Of a DNA stretch of 64,000 nt, positions 57,418 to 64,000 are shown in pieces (the first letter of the stretch is position 1; every line of letters begins with the position of its first letter). Origin of the DNA: Kiritimatiellia bacterium (GTDB lineage: Bacteria; Verrucomicrobiota; Kiritimatiellia; RFP12; UBA1067). The notes beneath the pieces are model-generated. The model ran no database searches. It saw only the letters and a list, made by a program, of their open reading frames with translations, and was not told where the DNA came from. Location: the NCBI GenBank assembly GCA_050949565.1, contig JBMNFY010000017.1:480001-544000 (forward strand), written 5' to 3'. The translations under genes and the position numbers were made by a program.

Positions 57418-57469
57418 CGGCCTTCGCACGCCAGAGCGGCGGCAAAGGAATCACAAGGAACCGTCGCGC

Positions 57470-57718
57470 TTACTCCGCCGCTTCAGCGACGGGGAACACG
57501 CTGACGATCTTGCCTTCTTTCTGGAATTTCACGACGCCGTCGATCAGCGCGAACAGGGTGAAATCACGTCCACAGCCGACATTCTCGCCGGGATGGATCT
57601 TGGTTCCACGCTGGCGGGTAATGATCGACCCCGCCCGAATAACCTGTCCATCATAGCGCTTGACGCCCAAACGTTTGGCGTTACTGTCACGCCCGTTTCT
57701 TGATGCTGCACCTGCCAT
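57470..57718 (-). CDS. rpmA: 50S ribosomal protein L27 (N-terminus lacks HKK)
   Basis: [32 protein letters not shown]; GAGGAG RBS. Confidence 0.97.
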   Translation of the reverse strand: MAGAASRNGRDSNAKRLGVKRYDGQVIRAGSIITRQRGTKIHPGENVGCGRDFTLFALIDGVVKFQKEGKIVSVFPVAEAAE

Positions 57719-57735
57719 AACTCACACTCCTCTGT

Positions 57736-58050
57736 TTAGGCGATCGCCTTGACCGTCGCGACCGTCAACTCCTGACGGTGCCCGATCCTGCGGGCGTAAC
57801 CCTTACGGCGCTTCTTTTTGAAATTAATCAGTTTCTTGCCGCGCTTGTGGCCGACGATGGTCAAGGTCACCTTCGCGTCCTTCACGTACGGCATGCCGAT
57901 CTTCAGCTCGGTGCCGTCGGAACAAGCCAGAACTGTGTCCAGTTCCACGTCCTGCCCGGCCTCGACATCCAAACGCTCGATCTCAATCGTGTCACCCGCG
58001 GCCACGCGATACTGCTTGCCACCGGTTTCTAAAACCGCATACGCATCCAT
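57736..58050 (-). CDS. rplU: 50S ribosomal protein L21
   Basis: YAVLETGGKQYRV, KKKRRKGY.R..GHRQ; start at ATG 58050. Confidence 0.97.
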   Translation of the reverse strand: MDAYAVLETGGKQYRVAAGDTIEIERLDVEAGQDVELDTVLACSDGTELKIGMPYVKDAKVTLTIVGHKRGKKLINFKKKRRKGYARRIGHRQELTVATVKAIA

Positions 58051-58120
58051 GTTATGATCCTTCATCGATGAGGAATTCGTCAACTCCGGAAACCTTCCCA
58101 CCGGAACGAATAGAACGTAT

Positions 58121-58150
58121 AAGTTATCCGATTCGCGCACAGACTGTCAA
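58121..58150 (-). promoter_or_regulatory. rplU-rpmA promoter
   Basis: TTGACA-18bp-TAACTT. Confidence 0.55.
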
Positions 58151-58174
58151 GCGGCCTTCCAGTATTTTTTCGGC

Positions 58175-60976
58175 TCACTTTCTTTCAATGAGGTACCACA
58201 CCGTCGGGGCCGATGCCGTCTCAACCGTTGAAACCTGAATCGGCGCGGAGAGCGCGCTCATATCCGGCGCAAGCGGCGTGACAACAAGCATGCCGCCGGT
58301 CTTAAAGCGGGCCGTGGCGTCCGTCGGCTCAACGCGCACGGTGCCGAGGCCCGGCTGCGGATGCGCCACGGTGAGATATTCACCGCGTATCATACCGTTG
58401 GGCGCTTTCACGAATGAGGCATACTGCATGTTGTCCTTGTCATTCTCCGCACGCGCGATCACTGTGAGGAGCATCTTTTTCGCCGTGTCGAGTCCCGCGC
58501 CATCAAGCGAACTCACCAGTATCGTCGTAAACATCGTGCGCGAGGTGACGCTGATATCCCTGAATGTCAATTCCCCCTTTGGAAAACCGGTAAAGCCCTG
58601 CGTACGCGGCGTATTGACAATGAGAAGCCCTTTGCCGAAATCGCGTATCACTTCGCCGGTGTCGCTCACGAGGCTGTCGCCCTGAATGCCGCGGTCGGGT
58701 GCGAGAAGCCCCTGCTTTTTGAGAGACTCATCGAGTTCTTGGGCCAGTTCGATGCCGGATTTTTTATTCGTTGCGCGTGAAAAAACGAACGACGCTTTTT
58801 CTGATGCGCCGATGACCGCCTGAGCACGGCCGTCCGGTTTGCCGAACGCGACCTCATACCGAGACACATACGGCACGTAGTTGAGCGGAAACGCCCCGTT
58901 GCGCAGACTACCGTTCGCAAGATAGATGTCGTCCTGAGCCGGAACAACCTGTACGAGATTCTTCCCCGGTGCAACATCGCGGCGATGATACATGATCGCC
59001 GCATTGGGCATGGTGGCGAGGAGCGCGGGATCGTTAAACTCAACCGTGGGCTGGAGCACAGCGGTGGCCGCATCGGCTTTGTCCCAGTCGTAGCCGTATC
59101 CGCCGAAATAACAGTAGAAACACATTGCATCCCAGTCCTGCAACGCGGCTGCCGACGCAGTGGACAGAAAATAACTTGAACGCCACTCATGCGGCCACAT
59201 CATGTTGCTCTCGGTAGACGTCACCGGCTTCGTGTTTAGCTTCACCATCGCGATGGCGTTCTCAATGAGTCCGGCACCGAACAGCGGGTTACGCTCCACC
59301 GACGGAACGTTCGCCATGTTGAGCGACCGCTTGTCCTTGCGCCGCCGAACATGATCGTAGTACACGTTCTGCGACGTGTAGTCCATCATCGTCTGCGTCT
59401 CAAGGTCGGATATGTCGTAGTAGATGTTCGAATCGGCCACCGGCAGCACGCAGCCGAGTGAACGGATGAAACCGACCATCTCCTTTTGCCAAGCGGTCTG
59501 CACCGCGCGGAAAAACGCGATTGTCGCGCGTATGCGCGGGGGCGATCTGTCTGTCTTCCAATCCCCCTCGTTGCGTATCTCATGCACCGTTACGGGATTC
59601 ACCGTGCCTGCGCCGGGGTCCTCGTCTGCCTTGAGCGCGCACAGTCCGTCGGGCGACGTCCACGCCTTTGCAAGCGCCTCGCGCGTACCGTATGTCTCAA
59701 CGAGCCACGCATTGAACTTTTTCCTCAACAGTTCCTGATAATGCGCGGGCCACGGTTTTGAGTTCCAATCGAAAAACATCGTCTGTTCGTTGATGAGCAT
59801 GAGCATGGCGACAGCAGGCTCATCCTTGAGCGCTTTGCCGGTATACCTGTTCACATGCGTGAGCAGCCCTTTGATGTATTGCTTGCCGAGTTCGATGAAC
59901 GCCGGCTCGAAATAAGCCCAGGGGTGATGCGCGCCGTACTCGGAGCCGTGCGGCACATCGACATCGGAAAAACCGCGCGCCGAAAGGCCCGTCACGGAAT
60001 CGAGCAGGATGTAGATGCCTTTGTCCTTTAAGCACTTCACGAAATAATCGAAGCGCTCCCATCTCTCGTCCGTATCGGGAAGAAATGTTGTACGGTCGGG
60101 CCTGTCGCGATCGATGAGCACATATTCGGTGAGATGAAAACGCACGAGATTGATGCCGCTGCGCGCAAGCGTTTCCGCCACGCGCTCGGCTTGATCGTGC
60201 GACGGGAACAGCGCATTCGACGCATGAATGTTCACCGCCCAGAACCGCGCCTGGGTGCCGTCGGCAAAATAAAAGTGACCGTTTTTCGACTGCACAAAAC
60301 CGTGCTTCCCCGCAGGCGCATGCAGAAGCGATGCACCGACATCCACGAGCGGTTTCGGCTGGCGCTTGGGATTCATCGGGAACGTGAACCATTTCGTGTA
60401 GTCCCTGGTGTCGAACTGCACGGGGTCCTGCTCGTAGAACTCAATGTCATCCACATAGACGACACCGGTGGACGATGACGGCGCGTAGAACGATGGCCTC
60501 ACGGCAAGGTAAAGACACTTCGTACCTGCCGGAAGTCCGCTGAGCACCAGCCAAAACTCCTGCCATTCGGCTGAAAGTTTGAATTTCGGCGTTGTCAGCC
60601 AGCGTATGAACTCATCCCCTTCTCCAAGCGCCGAGACACCCACCCATTGATTCGGCGCAGCGTCGCCGTCGGAACGGATAAAACCCTTGAACACATAGCT
60701 CTTCGTCTCATCGACTTCGACGCGTACGACCGCATACGGCGATGCGTCATCGAACTCGTCACGTACCATGAGGCACTGTTTGCCGCCGTGCGGTTTTTCT
60801 CCGGACCGCATAACGGCGCGCGCCAACTTCGCGGCATCCATTCCCGGCTTCGTCCCCCACGTAACCCACTTTCCTTTGTCGGTCTCGAAATCCCAGGTCT
60901 GGCGACCGGCCGCACTGAACGTCATGCCGGTCGCAACAAGCAACGCACTAATTAACACGCACTTCATTGAGGGCAT
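58175..60976 (-). CDS. Secreted CBM-like domain plus clan GH-A-like glycoside hydrolase
   Basis: VYVDDIEF CBM-like end; PAGKHGF...RFWAVN, GINLVRFH, H.NRYTG..L.DEPA...INE; nucleophile region VTSTE. Confidence 0.75.
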   Translation of the reverse strand: MPSMKCVLISALLVATGMTFSAAGRQTWDFETDKGKWVTWGTKPGMDAAKLARAVMRSGEKPHGGKQCLMVRDEFDDASPYAVVRVEVDETKSYVFKGFIRSDGDAAPNQWVGVSALGEGDEFIRWLTTPKFKLSAEWQEFWLVLSGLPAGTKCLYLAVRPSFYAPSSSTGVVYVDDIEFYEQDPVQFDTRDYTKWFTFPMNPKRQPKPLVDVGASLLHAPAGKHGFVQSKNGHFYFADGTQARFWAVNIHASNALFPSHDQAERVAETLARSGINLVRFHLTEYVLIDRDRPDRTTFLPDTDERWERFDYFVKCLKDKGIYILLDSVTGLSARGFSDVDVPHGSEYGAHHPWAYFEPAFIELGKQYIKGLLTHVNRYTGKALKDEPAVAMLMLINEQTMFFDWNSKPWPAHYQELLRKKFNAWLVETYGTREALAKAWTSPDGLCALKADEDPGAGTVNPVTVHEIRNEGDWKTDRSPPRIRATIAFFRAVQTAWQKEMVGFIRSLGCVLPVADSNIYYDISDLETQTMMDYTSQNVYYDHVRRRKDKRSLNMANVPSVERNPLFGAGLIENAIAMVKLNTKPVTSTESNMMWPHEWRSSYFLSTASAAALQDWDAMCFYCYFGGYGYDWDKADAATAVLQPTVEFNDPALLATMPNAAIMYHRRDVAPGKNLVQVVPAQDDIYLANGSLRNGAFPLNYVPYVSRYEVAFGKPDGRAQAVIGASEKASFVFSRATNKKSGIELAQELDESLKKQGLLAPDRGIQGDSLVSDTGEVIRDFGKGLLIVNTPRTQGFTGFPKGELTFRDISVTSRTMFTTILVSSLDGAGLDTAKKMLLTVIARAENDKDNMQYASFVKAPNGMIRGEYLTVAHPQPGLGTVRVEPTDATARFKTGGMLVVTPLAPDMSALSAPIQVSTVETASAPTVWYLIERK

Positions 60977-60979
60977 CCT

Positions 60980-62416
60980 TCACCCCAGCGTATAGCCGGC
61001 GCGGTACGGGTAGTGTAGCAGCTCGTTCGCCTCGGGACAGTTCGTGAACACTTCTCGCCCGGGGTCCCACTCAAGACGGCGTCCAAGCTTATAGGCGATG
61101 TTCGCGAGATGCGCGAACGTGGTTGAACGGTGGCCTTCCTCCAGAGAGCAGAGGCAAGTTCCGCGATCTTTGATGCGGTCCAGAAAGTCACGGATCACGT
61201 TGTTCGTACTGCTCGCCGCCGAACCATCGTCGAGAAGCGCCTCCTTGTACTGGTAGAATACCGGCTCGAACTTGTCGCCGGGGTCGTTTATAAACTCGCG
61301 GCGATTCACGGGCGTGATTTCGTAGCCGCTCTGCGAGGAGACGATCCGCGCATCACCGGAGGTGAGTTCCAGTTCACCGCTCATCTTTTTGCCGGGCGCA
61401 ATCGGACGCGCCGGCCCGCCCTCATACACGTTGAACTCGAGCATCTTGCCGCTCGCGAACTCGAATAAGCACGTCATGGTGTCGGGAATCGTTGCGTCGG
61501 AATCCGGCGTAAAGTACTTCCCGCCCACGGCCGTCACCGCACAGGGCGCCGTCTCGCCGAGCATCCAGCGCATCGCATCGATGTAGTGAACGCCCCAGTT
61601 GCCCACCTGGCTTGAGAAGTCGATCTGCCAGCGGAAAAAGTACGGCGCGATCGTATACTTGTAGTCACGCCAGGCACGCGGCCCCAGCCAGGCGTCCCAG
61701 TCCATCCCTTTCGGCGGTTGCGAGGGCGGGCACTTGCCGATGCCGTTGGGGAAGATGTTCGAACAGCGCGCGGCGCGGCCATGGCGGAACGTGCCGTACT
61801 TGCCCGAGAGAATCTCCTGACGCAACTTCTGGTAAGGCACGCAACCACGACGGTTGAGCCCCGTGCAACACACCTGCTTGGACGCCCTCTCGGCATTCAC
61901 CATCGCGCGGCCCTCGGCGACCGTCACCGTGAGCGGCTTCTCGCAGTAGACATCCTTCCCGGCCTTGATGGCGTCAATCGTCATGATCGCGTGCCAGTGG
62001 TCCGGCGTGCCGATGAAGACCGCGTCCACGTTCTTGTCTGCCAGCAGTTCGCGATAGTCCTTATACAGCTTACAGCGGCCAGCCCGGATGCTGTCCAACA
62101 GCTTCACCTCGTGCGGAAGGCGCGTACCATCCTTCTTAAGGAAGATCGGCAGACGTCCTTTCAGGCCCCACTCCAAGAATTTGGGGTCGAACGCTGTTTC
62201 GTCACGCTTCAGGTACGGCTCGTATACGTCGCACAGCGCCGTCACCTCCACGTCCGGGTAGTTCATGAACAGATGCATCACCTGCGTGCCGCGGTTGCCC
62301 ACGCCGATGAAGCCCATGCGAATCTTCTGCTCCGCGTTCTCGGCCTTCACGATGGCCGGCATCGCCAACGTTCCCGCTGTCGCCATACCACTCTTGATAA
62401 ATGCCCTTCTTTTCAT
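60980..62416 (-). CDS. Tat-exported Gfo/Idh/MocA oxidoreductase
   Basis: MKRRAFIK; GVGNRG; TPDHWH; CEKPL; NWGVHYID. Confidence 0.9.
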   Translation of the reverse strand: MKRRAFIKSGMATAGTLAMPAIVKAENAEQKIRMGFIGVGNRGTQVMHLFMNYPDVEVTALCDVYEPYLKRDETAFDPKFLEWGLKGRLPIFLKKDGTRLPHEVKLLDSIRAGRCKLYKDYRELLADKNVDAVFIGTPDHWHAIMTIDAIKAGKDVYCEKPLTVTVAEGRAMVNAERASKQVCCTGLNRRGCVPYQKLRQEILSGKYGTFRHGRAARCSNIFPNGIGKCPPSQPPKGMDWDAWLGPRAWRDYKYTIAPYFFRWQIDFSSQVGNWGVHYIDAMRWMLGETAPCAVTAVGGKYFTPDSDATIPDTMTCLFEFASGKMLEFNVYEGGPARPIAPGKKMSGELELTSGDARIVSSQSGYEITPVNRREFINDPGDKFEPVFYQYKEALLDDGSAASSTNNVIRDFLDRIKDRGTCLCSLEEGHRSTTFAHLANIAYKLGRRLEWDPGREVFTNCPEANELLHYPYRAGYTLG

Positions 62417-62432
62417 TTCCTCTCCTCTCAAA

Positions 62433-63815
62433 CTACCGGTGCAAACCATAGTTCTGCTTTTCGTAAAGTTCGGGACGGCTCTCATCCACGTAAAGACTCC
62501 GCGCGTCACCGAGGCCCGGCCCCACGGAAAGCCAAAATGTCTGCGGCTGCGCATCAAGATCGATGTCCGCCCAGGCGAACCCGCCGTCCTCGAATGTCTG
62601 CGCCACCCAGTTGCCCTTCGCGTCGATCACGCCGTTCGGCAGATGCCGCTGGCGCATGGACACGAGAAACGGGATACCCGTATCGATTGCGCGTGCCGGG
62701 AAGCTGATCTCCACATGGTCGTTCGCGCAGCCCGCAAGCGGGAAAAGAATGAGTTCCACCTCCTTGCGGCGCAGGAACTTGGCCGATTCGCTAAACCAGT
62801 TGTCCCAGCATGTGAGACAGCTCACGCGCCCGAAATCGAGATCGAACACCTTGAAATCATCGTCCGGCAAAAGCCCCGCCATGTATTCGCCGCTCGTGAG
62901 TGTCACCTTGCGGTAGCGCCCCACCAGTTGACCTGCACGATCCACGATGAACGTGGTGTTGTGATGCGTGCCCTCCTGCGTCTTCTCGCGCACGTTCATC
63001 GCGATGTACGTGCGGTGCTTCTTCGCATACTTCGACGCAAGCGCAAAGGACGGACCGCCGGGGACGAACTCGTCGGTCTTTTCAGGGCACGGCGAACCGC
63101 CCGTATTCACGAAACACTCCGAGAAGAGAATGATGTCCGGACGCTCCACATGTGCGAAGATGTTCGTGAGGCACGCCTCAATCTGCCAGAGCCGCGACGC
63201 GATGACGGCATCGGGATCATCCCAGCCCGGCTTCGTCTTCTCGAATCCCGGAGCGCGGAAACTGGCGCCTTTTTCATACGGATTGCCCGAAACGCAACGC
63301 ACCACGCGCGGCTTCGGCCGGTCGCATGACACGGCCGCGACCGTCTCAAACCGCACGTCCATCTCATGCCACTTGCAGATGAGATCAATGCGGATCATAT
63401 TGCACTTTTGGGGAACCGGCATTGTGCGGTCGAAGGCGCGCACGATCACACCGTCCGCACCGAGTGTGTCCTTGTATGAGATAAAGTCGCGCTGATAGAA
63501 CGACACCCCTTTGCGGTTCCCCTTCTCCGGATCATACCAGGTCACATACATCATCACGTCGTTATACGCCGACGACTCGCCCTTCCCCAGTTTGATCGTG
63601 GCGCGTCCAGTAAAGCGCACACCGCGGCCGGGCTCGACCGCTGCCGTGGTCTCCCACCACCCGCAACTACGTCGCGAAGGCAGACGGATCACGTGCGCCT
63701 CCCCTTCCGTCGTCCCCACGGCGGGATCAGGTGAAAGCGGTGCCGAGAAAAACTCCCAGTCAGCTCCCTGCGCCGTGAAGACAGCCGCAACCATAAGCAA
63801 AAACAAACACTTCAT
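62433..63815 (-). CDS. Secreted carbon-nitrogen hydrolase (nitrilase superfamily) with N-terminal beta domain
   Basis: Signal peptide; catalytic triad FSE, YRK, TCWD. Confidence 0.85.
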   Translation of the reverse strand: MKCLFLLMVAAVFTAQGADWEFFSAPLSPDPAVGTTEGEAHVIRLPSRRSCGWWETTAAVEPGRGVRFTGRATIKLGKGESSAYNDVMMYVTWYDPEKGNRKGVSFYQRDFISYKDTLGADGVIVRAFDRTMPVPQKCNMIRIDLICKWHEMDVRFETVAAVSCDRPKPRVVRCVSGNPYEKGASFRAPGFEKTKPGWDDPDAVIASRLWQIEACLTNIFAHVERPDIILFSECFVNTGGSPCPEKTDEFVPGGPSFALASKYAKKHRTYIAMNVREKTQEGTHHNTTFIVDRAGQLVGRYRKVTLTSGEYMAGLLPDDDFKVFDLDFGRVSCLTCWDNWFSESAKFLRRKEVELILFPLAGCANDHVEISFPARAIDTGIPFLVSMRQRHLPNGVIDAKGNWVAQTFEDGGFAWADIDLDAQPQTFWLSVGPGLGDARSLYVDESRPELYEKQNYGLHR

Positions 63816-63984
63816 CACGTACTCTCCACTTCTAGCCCCACCCGCCAATAGTTGGCATTGCGCTGGCTATTGGCGTATTAGCTTTCATTTCATGGTGATT
63901 TCGCAGCCGGGGCGTTGGTGCCTGTGATACGCCAGATATAGAAGGTTTTGTCAAACTTGAGTGTATATCCGAGATTCTCCAATC

Positions 63985-64000
63985 TGGTGCGGGAAAGAAG
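63985..64000 (-). tRNA. 3' end of a tRNA (probably Leu), cut by the window edge
   Basis: Minus strand CTTCT-TTCCCGC-A-CCA = T-stem 3' arm, acceptor 3' arm, discriminator A, CCA; only 16 nt visible. Confidence 0.55.

Noticed and set aside
58140-58175. att-site duplicate of the tRNA 3' end closing an island
   Set aside because: No TGGTGCGGGAA-like copy was found by eye here or elsewhere in the window

Overview
GC-rich bacterial chromosome segment. The gene repertoire suggests a PVC-superphylum organism, most likely Kiritimatiellia/Lentisphaeria-like (inference). Housekeeping genes (rnhC, pyrF, RlmL-like methylase, nucleoside kinase, hisI, asd, DAHP synthase, aroE, ilvB-ilvN, obgE-rpmA-rplU, 3' end of a tRNA) are interleaved with many secreted carbohydrate-active proteins (GH50-like, GH31, GH109, LamG-GH proteins, DUF1080, Tat-exported Gfo/Idh/MocA oxidoreductases). 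Items not evident from the ORF track: (1) an integrase-less integron cassette array (three cassettes, two full attC sites, two mutually complementary half-sites) at 11.4-13.5 kb; (2) two collapsed defence-gene fossils (TOTE-like primase-helicase-DUF559; RloA-RloB next to BrnTA); (3) an Ile/Val/Leu leader-peptide attenuator before ilvB; (4) ribosomal protein L27 lacking the conserved N-terminal HKK residues; (5) an HU-double zinc-ribbon fusion heading a minor-pilin operon, opposite an output-less PAS protein; (6) a Tat-exported DegT-type aminotransferase operon; (7) a barrel-less autotransporter-repeat protein with a candidate C-terminal sorting motif; (8) many nested 7/8/9-mer tandem arrays and REP/MITE-like elements, some inserted in-frame in a coding gene. 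No CRISPR array, rRNA, integrase or transposase was seen. All family assignments are by eye from motifs; no searches were run.
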